A DNA stretch of 64,000 nucleotides from an uncultured Candidatus Rokubacteria bacterium (GTDB lineage: Bacteria; Methylomirabilota; Methylomirabilia; Rokubacteriales; DASRDR01), in NCBI GenBank assembly GCA_963826115.1, contig CAWGVS010000007.1:32001-96000 (forward strand), written 5' to 3'. The number at the start of each line of letters is the position of its first letter. The first letter of the stretch is position 1. Below the pieces are notes generated by a model that made no database searches, was not told the DNA's origin, and saw nothing but the letters and a program-made list of their open reading frames with translations. Below, one piece after another: positions 18,854 to 27,548 of this stretch. The position numbers and the translations under genes are program-made.

Positions 18854-20188
18854 TCAGAGTCCCGACTCGAGGAACGTCGTGGAATAGTCCCCGGCGACGA
18901 AGCGCGGGTCCACCAGGAGGCGGGCGTGGAGGGGCAGCGTCGTCTTGATGCCCTCGACGATGTACTCCGCCACCGCCCGCCGCATCCGCGCCAGCGCCTC
19001 GGTCCGGTCCGCGCCGTGGGCGATGACCTTCGCCACCAGGGAGTCGTAGTGCGCCGGCACGGTGTAGCCCGCGAAGCAGTGGCTGTCCACGCGCACGCCC
19101 GGCCCGCCCGGCGCCACGTACGCCGTGACGCGGCCCGGGCTCGGCGTGAAGCTGACCGGATCCTCCGCCGTCACGCGGCACTCGATGGCGTGGCCCGCGA
19201 AGCGCACGTCCTCCTGCCGGATCCCGAGCGGCTCCCCCGCCGCGATCAGGATCTGAGCGCGGACCAGGTCGATGCCGGTGACCATCTCGGTCACGGGGTG
19301 CTCGACCTGGATGCGCGTGTTGACCTCCAGGAAGTAGAAGCGCCCGTGCCGGTCGAGCAGGAACTCGACGGTGCCCGCGTTCTCGTAGCCCGCCGCCCGG
19401 CAGAGCCGCAGGGCCGCGCCGGTCAGCTCCCGGCGGACGTCCGGCGTCATCGTCGGACACGGCGACTCTTCCAGGAGCTTCTGGTGCCGGCGCTGGATCG
19501 AGCAGTCGCGCTCGCCCAGGTGGATCATCTGCCCGTGGCCGTCGGCGAGGACCTGCACCTCGACGTGGCGGGCGCCCTCCACGTACTTCTCGACGTAGAC
19601 CTCGGAGGACCCGAACGCGGCCGCCGCCTCGCTCTGGCAGGTGCGCACCGCCGACGCGAGCGCATCCGCGTCCCACACGATGCGGATGCCGCGCCCGCCC
19701 CCGCCCATCGAGGCCTTCAGGAGCACCGGGTACCCCAGCGTCTCCGCCACGCTCTGCGCTTCCCCTTCGTCGCGCACCGCGCCGTCGCTGCCGGCGAGGA
19801 GCGGCACGTCGGCCTTGCGGGCCAGCTCGCGCGCGCGGACCTTGTCGCCCAGGAGGCGGATCACCTCCGGGCTCGGCCCGATGAAGCGGACGTTGCACGC
19901 ACGGCAGATCTCGGCAAACGTCGCGTTCTCCGCGAGGAAGCCGTACCCCGGATGGATCGCCTCCGCGTCGGTCACCTCGGCCGCCGCGATGAGCCGGGGG
20001 ATGTTGAGGTAGCTCTGGGCGCTGTCCTCGGGACCGATGCAGATGCTCTCATCCGCGAGCCGGACGGGAAGCGATCCGGTGTCCGCCGTCGAGTGGGCCA
20101 CGACCGACCGGATACCCATCTCACGGCACGCGCGCAGGACTCGCAGCGCGATCTCACCGCGGTTGGCGATCAGGATCTTTCCGAACAT
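18854..20188 (-). CDS. accC: Biotin carboxylase
   Basis: KILIANRGEIA, IHPGYGFLAEN, GGGGRG, ERDCSIQRRHQK and EVNTRIQVEHPVTE. Confidence 0.97.
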   Translation of the reverse strand: MFGKILIANRGEIALRVLRACREMGIRSVVAHSTADTGSLPVRLADESICIGPEDSAQSYLNIPRLIAAAEVTDAEAIHPGYGFLAENATFAEICRACNVRFIGPSPEVIRLLGDKVRARELARKADVPLLAGSDGAVRDEGEAQSVAETLGYPVLLKASMGGGGRGIRIVWDADALASAVRTCQSEAAAAFGSSEVYVEKYVEGARHVEVQVLADGHGQMIHLGERDCSIQRRHQKLLEESPCPTMTPDVRRELTGAALRLCRAAGYENAGTVEFLLDRHGRFYFLEVNTRIQVEHPVTEMVTGIDLVRAQILIAAGEPLGIRQEDVRFAGHAIECRVTAEDPVSFTPSPGRVTAYVAPGGPGVRVDSHCFAGYTVPAHYDSLVAKVIAHGADRTEALARMRRAVAEYIVEGIKTTLPLHARLLVDPRFVAGDYSTTFLESGL

Positions 20189-20212
20189 GGGCTCCTCAGC
20201 GCCGTCCCCGCA

Positions 20213-21760
20213 TCAGCTCCGCCCACCGGCCGCGCGCAGGCGCGCCTCCACGTCCTCGACGCTCACGCCGACGCCTTCCTTGAGCGCCTGGGCCATGGAC
20301 CCCCCCTGACCGAGCCGCTCGAGAAGGGCGCGGATGCCGCTGATCCCGCCCCGATCCACCAGGTACTCGGCCACGATGTGGGACAGCTGGTAGGCCGAAC
20401 CGACCGCGTTCGAGCGAAACAGACGCTCCAGTCCGTCGAGCGTGAAGTACTGACGGTCCAGGACCACGTCGGTCTCGATCAACCGCGGCGCGGAGCGGGG
20501 CTCCATCACCTGGGCCAGTCCCTCGTGGAGCCACCGGGGCGCGTTGCCGCGCGTGGCCTGGTGGATCAAGAGGTGCGTGTACTCGTGCCGCACCAGCCGA
20601 TCGAGCCCGACCGAGCCCGACTGGGACGCCGACATCCGGAGACGGAGCTTCTGGTAGTCGTAGAAGCCGAGCACGTGCTCGGCGAACTCGGGCGGGATGC
20701 CGCCGAGCTCCGCGAACGTCTTCGTCGCGTAGATGCCAGCCTGGACCCGCTCCTTCGGATACACTCCGAGGTCGCGCCCGAGCGACTCGTAGGCGCGCTC
20801 GAGGGAGTCGGCCACGGACCGGCCCACCTCTATCCCGCCGCCCCCCTCGTAGCGAACGAGGAAGTGCGGGCTCTCCTGGCTCCAGTACCCGCCCTCGACG
20901 GTCTGCTCCCGCTCGAGCCGCGCCAGGAGGGTCTTGCCGCGAGCGTGTCCGGCGTCGCGGGCCAGGAGCCGCCGGAGCGTCTCCACCGCCTCTCGCGTGC
21001 GACCCTGCCGCTCCTGGACGTCCGCCAGGAGATAGAGGAGCTCCGGGTCGTCCGGGAAGGCCCGTAGCGCCTGCTCCAGCACCGCTTGGGCCCGCGACAG
21101 CTCGCCCGCGCTGCCATGGGCGATCGCCAGCCCCGCCCAGTGCGCCCGCTCGGGCGACGCCTCCACGGCCTGCCGGTAGAACTCCGCCGCCTCCCCGTAC
21201 TTGCCGGCCTGGTACGCGTCGCGGCCGAGTCGCCCGTAGCACCCGCCGAGCGACCGCTGGATGTCGTCGCGCCGGGTCCGCGCCGCCAGGTCGCGGTAGC
21301 GCTCGCAGGCTGCCGCGATCTCGCCCCGCTGGTAGAGCGCGTGCGCCTCGCGCGCCGCGCGGGCGTCCGCGTCGTCGCCGGCGGGCGCCGCCGTCGGCTC
21401 CACGACACGGGGCAACGTCGGCTCCGGCCGCGCGTCGTCGACGCCGACCGCGGAGGACCCCGCGCCGGCCGAGGGCGCGGCCCTCCGCTGCGCCTCCCAC
21501 CAGCGCATCAGGAACGGGCCGGTCACCCCCAGGACGAGCGCGGCCGCCAGCACGAGGTTCAGCCGCGCGAGGGTCGTGCCGCGGGGCGTCGGGGACGCCG
21601 CCGGGGCCGGTGTCGATGCCGGTGTCGATGGAGGAACGGGCGCCGGAGTCGACGCGGCCGTCGGCGCGGGCGGAGCCACCGCCACGCGGGGGTCCTTCTG
21701 GCACTTCGGACACTGCTCGGTACCGTCGGGGAGATTGGCCCAGCAGGATCGGCAGAACAT
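20213..21760 (-). CDS. Zinc ribbon - TM - TPR - gluzincin (peptidase MA-like) protein
   Basis: CRSC..CPKC, Pro/Ala/Thr linker, TM helix, TPRs and HEYTH...PRWLHEGLA. Confidence 0.82.
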   Translation of the reverse strand: MFCRSCWANLPDGTEQCPKCQKDPRVAVAPPAPTAASTPAPVPPSTPASTPAPAASPTPRGTTLARLNLVLAAALVLGVTGPFLMRWWEAQRRAAPSAGAGSSAVGVDDARPEPTLPRVVEPTAAPAGDDADARAAREAHALYQRGEIAAACERYRDLAARTRRDDIQRSLGGCYGRLGRDAYQAGKYGEAAEFYRQAVEASPERAHWAGLAIAHGSAGELSRAQAVLEQALRAFPDDPELLYLLADVQERQGRTREAVETLRRLLARDAGHARGKTLLARLEREQTVEGGYWSQESPHFLVRYEGGGGIEVGRSVADSLERAYESLGRDLGVYPKERVQAGIYATKTFAELGGIPPEFAEHVLGFYDYQKLRLRMSASQSGSVGLDRLVRHEYTHLLIHQATRGNAPRWLHEGLAQVMEPRSAPRLIETDVVLDRQYFTLDGLERLFRSNAVGSAYQLSHIVAEYLVDRGGISGIRALLERLGQGGSMAQALKEGVGVSVEDVEARLRAAGGRS

Positions 21761-21786
21761 CGGCCGCGGCGCGGGGCCGGCCGGAG

Positions 21787-22224
21787 CTAGGGCTCCAGGA
21801 GGAACAGCGGCTGACCATACTCGACCGGCTGCGCGTTCTCGACCAGCACCTTGACCACGCGGCCGGCGACCTTGGACTCGATCTCGTTCATGAGCTTCAT
21901 CGCCTCGATGATGCAGACGACCTGCCCCTTCTTCACGCGGTCCCCGTCGCGGAGGAACGGCTGGGCGTCCGGGGACGCCGCCCGGTAGAAGGTCCCCACC
22001 ATGGGCGCCTCGATCGTGAGGAGGTGCGCCTCGCTGGCGGAGGTGGTGGGCGCCGCCGCAGGCGTCCCGGCAATCGCCGGCGGAGCGGCGGGAGCCGCTG
22101 ACGCGGCGACCGGCGCCGGCTCGCGCCGCAGGCGGATGCGGACCCCTTCCCGCTCCACCTCGACCTCGGTGAGGCCGTAGTCGCGGAGGAGGTCGGCGAG
22201 CCGCCGGATCTCGCGCTGGCTCAC
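21787..22224 (-). CDS. accB: Biotin carboxyl carrier protein
   Basis: APMVGTFY and IIEAMKLMNEI; GTG start VSQREI at 22224. Confidence 0.95.
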   Translation of the reverse strand: MSQREIRRLADLLRDYGLTEVEVEREGVRIRLRREPAPVAASAAPAAPPAIAGTPAAAPTTSASEAHLLTIEAPMVGTFYRAASPDAQPFLRDGDRVKKGQVVCIIEAMKLMNEIESKVAGRVVKVLVENAQPVEYGQPLFLLEP

Positions 22225-22231
22225 GGCGTCC

Positions 22232-22789
22232 TCAGGCCCGCTCGATGTAGGCCCCGGTGCGCGTGTCGATCCGGAGCATCTCGCCCTGGTCGATGAAGAG
22301 CGGCACGTGCACGACGGCACCGGTCTCGAGCGTCGCCGGCTTGGAGCCGCCCGACGCCGTGTCGCCCCGGAGACCCGGGTCCGTCTTGACGACCTCGAGC
22401 TCGACGAAGTTCGGGACGTCGACGCCCGCCGGCACCCCGTTGATGATGTAGACGTCGACTTCCATGGTCTCCTTGAGCCAGTTCGACGCTTCGCCGACCA
22501 CGTCGGGCGGGAGCGCGATCTGCTCGAAGGTCTCGAGATTCATGAAGTGGAAGTTGTCGTCCTTGTAGAGGTACTGCATCGAGCGCTGCTCGTAGTCGAC
22601 CAGCCCGACCTTCTCGCCGGCCCGGAAGGTCTTGTCGACGACCCGACCAAGCCTGAGGTGCTTCAGCTTGGTCCGGACGAACGCGCCGCCCTTGCCGGGC
22701 TTCACGTGCTGGAACTCGACGATGTTGTACGGCTGCCCGTCGAGCTCGATCTTCAGGCCCCTCCGGAACTCCGCGGTCGACACCTGCAT
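22232..22789 (-). CDS. efp: Elongation factor P
   Basis: [27 protein letters not shown] and RIDTRTG. Confidence 0.97.
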   Translation of the reverse strand: MQVSTAEFRRGLKIELDGQPYNIVEFQHVKPGKGGAFVRTKLKHLRLGRVVDKTFRAGEKVGLVDYEQRSMQYLYKDDNFHFMNLETFEQIALPPDVVGEASNWLKETMEVDVYIINGVPAGVDVPNFVELEVVKTDPGLRGDTASGGSKPATLETGAVVHVPLFIDQGEMLRIDTRTGAYIERA

Positions 22790-22791
22790 CG

Positions 22792-23421
22792 CTAACCTCG
22801 TGGCCGCCGCGCCGCCCCTCGCGGCCGTCCGAGGTCGCCGAGGCGTGCGCGGGCCGTCTCATGATCGGGCTGCCGGACGAGAATCCGGCTGAACACCGCC
22901 GTGGCCTCGTCGCCGAGCCCCTGCCCGAGGCAGAGGTCGCCGAACGCGACCGTCGCGTACGTATCGTCGACGAGGAGCGGCCAGACGCCGCCCACGTCGC
23001 CCGTGCCCCGCGCCGTGACGCCCACCTCGAGCGCCCGGGTCAATCCCTGCACTCCCCGGTCGTGGGGATCCAGCGCCGTGAGTCGCCGCGCGTACCCGAG
23101 CGCCGCGGCCGGGTCACCCGCCCGGAGCGCGCACTCGACGGCGATGCGCAGCGCCGGCTCGTGCTCCGCCTCCCCCGCGAGGAACCGCTGGATCTCCGCG
23201 CGCGCCGCCTCGACGTCGCCGCGCTCGAGCAGCGCCTTCGCGAGGACGAGCCGGGTGGTGGCATACCCCGGGTGACGCGCCAGTCCCTCGCGGCAGAGCG
23301 TCACTGCTTCCTCGATCCGACCCGCCCGGCGGTAGGCCTCGGCCAGCGCCGCATAGGCCTGGGAGGTGGGCTCCCGGGCCAGCCGCGCCTCGAACTGTCG
23401 GATCTCGTCGGTGGTCGGCAA
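22792..23421 (-). CDS. TPR-containing protein
   Basis: [12 protein letters not shown]...GLARHPGY and [12 protein letters not shown]; TTG start at 23421 preferred because the ORF-track start (23454) lies inside the -10 box. Confidence 0.8.
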   Translation of the reverse strand: MPTTDEIRQFEARLAREPTSQAYAALAEAYRRAGRIEEAVTLCREGLARHPGYATTRLVLAKALLERGDVEAARAEIQRFLAGEAEHEPALRIAVECALRAGDPAAALGYARRLTALDPHDRGVQGLTRALEVGVTARGTGDVGGVWPLLVDDTYATVAFGDLCLGQGLGDEATAVFSRILVRQPDHETARARLGDLGRPRGAARRPRG

Positions 23422-23446
23422 GCGATGTCTCGACCTGGCCCGAGCC

Positions 23447-23572
23447 GGCCCCACTATACGGGCGCGCCTCCGAGCTTGTCAACGTCGGTGAAGCGCAAAC
23501 TCGCGTCGTGCCGGCGCTTCCGGACCGTTCTCGGTCGTTGGTCCGCGTGGCGGGCCCCGGTATAGTGGGGCC
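23447..23572. repeat. 13-bp perfect inverted repeat (GTATAGTGGGGCC) flanking a 100-bp divergent promoter segment
   Basis: ggccccactatac at 23447-23459 and gtatagtggggcc at 23560-23572. Confidence 0.85.
23453..23482 (-). promoter_or_regulatory. sigma70-type promoter of the TPR-efp-accB-accC operon
   Basis: Minus strand TTGACA-N18-TATAGT. Confidence 0.75.
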
Positions 23573-24688
23573 ATGCTCCGGGTCCGGCGCCGGCTGGCCG
23601 CGATCGGGACGGGCATCGCGCTCGCCACGGCCCCTGGTCTCGTGCCGGCCGCAGCCCAAACCGCCCCCGCGCGCGGACGCCCGGGGACCCCCCGCACCTA
23701 CCTCATCCACCTGATCGACGGCGGCGATCCGATCGTGGTCCAGAAGTACACGGAGGAGGCGGGCCAGATCCGGTTCGAGAAGTACGGCGGATGGGTGTCG
23801 ATCCCGAGCTACGAGGTGCGCCGCATCGTCCCGGGCGACTCCCCGACCGATTCGGCCGAGCTGGCCGGGGTCCTCCCGCCGGACGCCTCCGCCGACACCC
23901 CGGCGCCGCTCTACGTCACTACCCGCTCGGGCGCCGCGCTCCGCGTCACCCAGGTCGGCACGGCGGGCTCCGAGGTGCGCGTCCGCACGCCCGAGGGCTC
24001 GCTCACCATGCCGCGCGCGGACCTCGTCGGGGTCGTGCGCGTCCCCGCGCCGCCCGCCCAGCCCGAGGCATGGATCACCCTCTGGAACCAGGACGGCGGC
24101 GCAGCGCGACCCACGCTTCCGCCCGAGCTCCGCCCGCCGACGCGCCCGCCCGCCCTCAGCAACCGGCCGCACCTCCTCCAGCTCGCGAGCGGGGTCGTCA
24201 TCCAGGTGGACAGCTTCTGGCTCGAGGGCGGGGAGATCCGGTTCCGCCGGCTCGGCGGCATCGTGGGATTCGCCCTCGGCGAGGTCGCCCGGCTGCTCCC
24301 GCAGGAGGTCGAGTCGGTTCGCGGCCGCCTCGCGGCCCGGTTCGTGCGCCGGCTCGGTCCCGATCGGCTCGAGGTCCGCCTCGGCAACGAGCCGCGGCGC
24401 GTGCGACTGATCGGCGTCGAGCCGGTGCCCGGGGCCGCCGAGGGACTCGACGACCCCTGGGCCGGGCTCGACCGCGGGCTCCTGGTCCACCTCGAGTTCG
24501 ACCGCGAGCGGTCGGGCGCCGAGGGTGACTGGCTCGCGTACCTCTACCTGCCGAGCGGGCGAATGCTGAACGCCGAGCTGATCCGGGTGGGGCTCGCCCG
24601 ACCGCGGAGCGACGGCCGGAACCTGCGCTACCTAGACCTCTTCGAGGAGCTCGTCCGGAAAGACGCACCCCCGCCGCCGGCGCCCTGA
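23573..24688 (+). CDS. Secreted protein with three small beta repeats and a degenerate thermonuclease (SNase) domain
   Basis: Signal peptide; C-terminal VRLIGV...VHLEFDRE...LAYLYL.SGRMLNAELIRVGLAR matches the SNase OB-fold pattern. Confidence 0.75.
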   Translation: MLRVRRRLAAIGTGIALATAPGLVPAAAQTAPARGRPGTPRTYLIHLIDGGDPIVVQKYTEEAGQIRFEKYGGWVSIPSYEVRRIVPGDSPTDSAELAGVLPPDASADTPAPLYVTTRSGAALRVTQVGTAGSEVRVRTPEGSLTMPRADLVGVVRVPAPPAQPEAWITLWNQDGGAARPTLPPELRPPTRPPALSNRPHLLQLASGVVIQVDSFWLEGGEIRFRRLGGIVGFALGEVARLLPQEVESVRGRLAARFVRRLGPDRLEVRLGNEPRRVRLIGVEPVPGAAEGLDDPWAGLDRGLLVHLEFDRERSGAEGDWLAYLYLPSGRMLNAELIRVGLARPRSDGRNLRYLDLFEELVRKDAPPPPAP

Positions 24689-24731
24689 GCGCGCGGCGGC
24701 GGGGGCGGTGTGCGACCCGCGCCGTCCCCGC

Positions 24732-25329
24732 CTACGCGCAGGGGTTGTTGCTGGCGGGCGTGACCGGGACGAAGGCTGCCGCCCGTGACGATTGACGCCG
24801 TGCCGTCGACGATCGCAGTCACGGTCCCGCCGCCGGCGGGCGCCACGGTCCCGCACGGGAGGGAGAGGGTGGTCCGGTACACCCCGTCCACCAGCTCGCC
24901 CTCCGGCCCGTCGATGCTCCCCACGCTGGTGGTCACGATCACCTTGTGCGTCCCGGCGAGCCTCACGCCGTTCTTGTTCGTCGCGACCACGATGACGGTC
25001 GCCCGTCGGCCGATGTCCACGGAGTTGGGCGTGACCGCGACGGTGACGGTGATCGCGCCCACGGCCCCGCTGTTCGCGTCACCGACGACCTGCACCGGTC
25101 CGGCGGTGCCGGTGGGGCAGGCCGCCAGCGCCCGGGTGCTCCCCGAATTCCCTTGCGCGAGTGGCGTCTCATTGCACGCAAAGGTTGGCCCGGTGGTGGC
25201 GTTGTTGTCCGAGCACGCCTGGAGCAGGGTGCCGGCCACCAGGACGAGGATCAGGGCCATCGGGGTCCATGGGCGGCCGGCCCACGAGCGACGGCGTCTT
25301 GTGCTAGGCGGTGACAGTGTCGCGTCCAT
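24732..25329 (-). CDS. Lipoprotein with Ig-like (Big_1/invasin-like) domain; apparent frameshift near 24783
   Basis: Lipobox LQAC; ITVTVAVTP..ATVIVVATNKNG..VIVTTSVGSI..TVTAIVDG; natural-looking end AAFVPVTPASNNPCA* (stop 24732) in the adjacent frame. Confidence 0.7.
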
Positions 25330-25341
25330 GGTCCTGGCCCC

Positions 25342-25792
25342 CTAGAAGACCGTGATGAGCACGGAGTCGAAGGCGTCTTCTGCGCTGGCGGTGATGGTGG
25401 CCGTGCCGCGGTCGGTCGTGGCGCAGAACGTCACGGTCGCCACCCCGCGGGTGGTCGTGACCACGTTCACCTGCGTGATGCCCGCCGCGGACGTGGCGGT
25501 GTCAGCTGAAGCAGCAGAGCGACGTCGCGAAGTTGACCGTCGTTCCGTCGACAAGCTGGCCCTTGACGGTGGACACCTTGGCCTGGACCAGCGCGCATCC
25601 GCCGATGTTCGGGGACGCGGGTGATCCAGACGACGCCCCCCGGAGGACGTTGGGGCTGGCGACGAGGTCGAGGATGAAGCCCGACGCGGCGCTCGGCTGC
25701 GTGCCTCCGCTCCGGTTGGGTCCGTCGCAGCTCGCCAGCGCCACTCCGAGGAGGAAAATGCACAGCATCAGTCCCCAGGGCATCCTTCGCAT
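25342..25792 (-). CDS. Lipoprotein with Ig-like domain; apparent frameshift near 25507
   Basis: MRRMPW...LASC lipobox and DGTTVNFATS; continues in the adjacent frame as ADTATSAAG...TTTRGVATVTF...GTATITAS...ITVF*. Confidence 0.7.
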
Positions 25793-25827
25793 CGGCTCAC
25801 TCTCCGTTGCCCGCGTTCGAGCGCGGG

Positions 25828-26913
25828 TCATTCCTGGATCTCCCGCAGCACTTGGAGGACCGTCTCCGCCGGCACCTCGTCGCACACCTCGGCCCGCCCC
25901 ACGCGCCGCATCAGCACGAAGGGGACCCGGCCGTCCCGAGCTTTCTTGTCGTGGCGCAGCGCATCGGCGATCGCGCGCGGGTCGACCCCGCCGAACCGGG
26001 TCGGGAGCCCGACGTCGCGCAGGAGCGCGTCCTGGCGCGCCGCCGCGGCCGCGTCGGTCCAGCCCATGCGCACCGCGATCCGCCCCGCGCCGGCCATCCC
26101 GATGGCGACCGCCTCGCCGTGGAGCCACCGGCGGTACCCGGTCAGGGCCTCGAGCGCGTGGCCGATGGTGTGGCCGTAGTTCAGCACCATGCGCAGGCCG
26201 GTCTCCTCGCGCTCGTCCTGCTCGACGATCCGGGCCTTCGCGGCGCAGCACGTCGCCACCACGGCCTCGAGCAGGCTCGCGTCCCGGCGACGGAGCGCGT
26301 CGAGACCGGTCTCGAGCGTCCGGAACAGGTCGGCGTCCAGGGCCGCGCCCGTCTTCACCACCTCGGCGAGGCCCGAGCGGTACTCTCGCTCCGGCAAGGT
26401 CCGGAGGGCCTCCGGGTCGATGAGGACCAGGCGGGGCTGGTGGAACGCGCCGAGCAGGTTCTTGCCCCGGGCGTGGTTGACCGCGACCTTGCCGCCGACC
26501 GACGCGTCGACCTGGGCGAGCAGGGTCGTCGGCACCTGGACCACGGGCAGGCCGCGCATGAACGTCGCGGCCGCGAACCCCGCCAGGTCGCCCACCACGC
26601 CGCCGCCGACCGCGACGACCGGCGAGGACCGGTCGAGCCCGTGCGCGACGAAGCCGTCCCAGAGGCGCTCAGCCTCGCGGAGGCTCTTGCTCTCCTCGCC
26701 CTCGGTCACCTCGAGGACCGTCGGCTCGAAGCCGGCGCCCCGCAGGCTGGTGGTCACGCGCGCCGCGTGCGCACGCACCGCGGGCTGCGTGACGACGGCC
26801 GCCCGGCGCCCGAGCCGCAGCTTGGCGCAGGCCGGCCCGGCCGCGTCGAGAAGACCCGGTCCGATCTGGACCGCGTAGCTCCGGGCCCCGAGCTGCACCA
26901 TGACCTCCTGCAC
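25828..26913 (-). CDS. aroB: 3-dehydroquinate synthase
   Basis: GEESKS, GGGVVGDLAGF, PTTLLAQVDASVGGK, LNYGHTIGHALE, HGEAV and DKK. Confidence 0.97.
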   Translation of the reverse strand: MQEVMVQLGARSYAVQIGPGLLDAAGPACAKLRLGRRAAVVTQPAVRAHAARVTTSLRGAGFEPTVLEVTEGEESKSLREAERLWDGFVAHGLDRSSPVVAVGGGVVGDLAGFAAATFMRGLPVVQVPTTLLAQVDASVGGKVAVNHARGKNLLGAFHQPRLVLIDPEALRTLPEREYRSGLAEVVKTGAALDADLFRTLETGLDALRRRDASLLEAVVATCCAAKARIVEQDEREETGLRMVLNYGHTIGHALEALTGYRRWLHGEAVAIGMAGAGRIAVRMGWTDAAAAARQDALLRDVGLPTRFGGVDPRAIADALRHDKKARDGRVPFVLMRRVGRAEVCDEVPAETVLQVLREIQE

Positions 26914-26927
26914 CGCCTCGTGCGTCT

Positions 26928-27548
26928 CTACCGGATGAAGAAGTGGAACCGCTGCCGCTCGGCCTTCGGGTACGTCTTGGAGGCGTCGAGCAGCGTGCCG
27001 ACCCGGATCTCCGTCAGCCGGATCTCGAAGAGCGTGTCCTGGATCTGGTTCTGCATGAACGCCACCGCGTCGAGGTTCCGGCGGCGGGCCAGCTCGGAGT
27101 CGGCGCGCGTGTTCGGGTCGCTCGCGAACTCGCCGGTCGCCGCGAAGGCGCTGACCACCGCCTGAGCGTACGCGCGCGTCTGCTCGCGGAGCCGGGCGAT
27201 CGCGTCGTCCAGGCGCTTGGCCTCGAGCTCCACGATGCTCTGGTACACGCGCGGCATCGTCGTGGGCAGGCGCTCGACCGGGCAGGGCGGCGGCGGGATC
27301 GCCGCCCCGCCGCGCGTGACCTTCTCGACCCGATCGCAGCCCACCGCGAAGACGTACTGGCTCTCGTCGTCGCGGAAGAAGATCCAGGGCGGGTCCTCGG
27401 CGTAGAAGCTCGCCTTGATGGGCTCGTTGCGCGCCCACAGGTGAATCGAGTACTCCTGCGCGAGCGCGGGCGAAGCCGTCCCGGCGAGCAACGCGCCGCC
27501 GACGACGACGCCCAGGCCCAGCCGCGACACGAGCCGCCGGTTCGTCAT
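26928..27548 (-). CDS. Secreted hypothetical protein with coiled-coil C-terminal half
   Basis: ATG at 27548; signal peptide ending PALA; strong GC3 bias; helical C-terminal half. Confidence 0.75.
   Translation of the reverse strand: MTNRRLVSRLGLGVVVGGALLAGTASPALAQEYSIHLWARNEPIKASFYAEDPPWIFFRDDESQYVFAVGCDRVEKVTRGGAAIPPPPCPVERLPTTMPRVYQSIVELEAKRLDDAIARLREQTRAYAQAVVSAFAATGEFASDPNTRADSELARRRNLDAVAFMQNQIQDTLFEIRLTEIRVGTLLDASKTYPKAERQRFHFFIR

Noticed and set aside
18517-18948. ORFs in the accC-livK intergenic region
   Set aside because: No recognisable motifs; they overlap the predicted liv promoter and the end of accC
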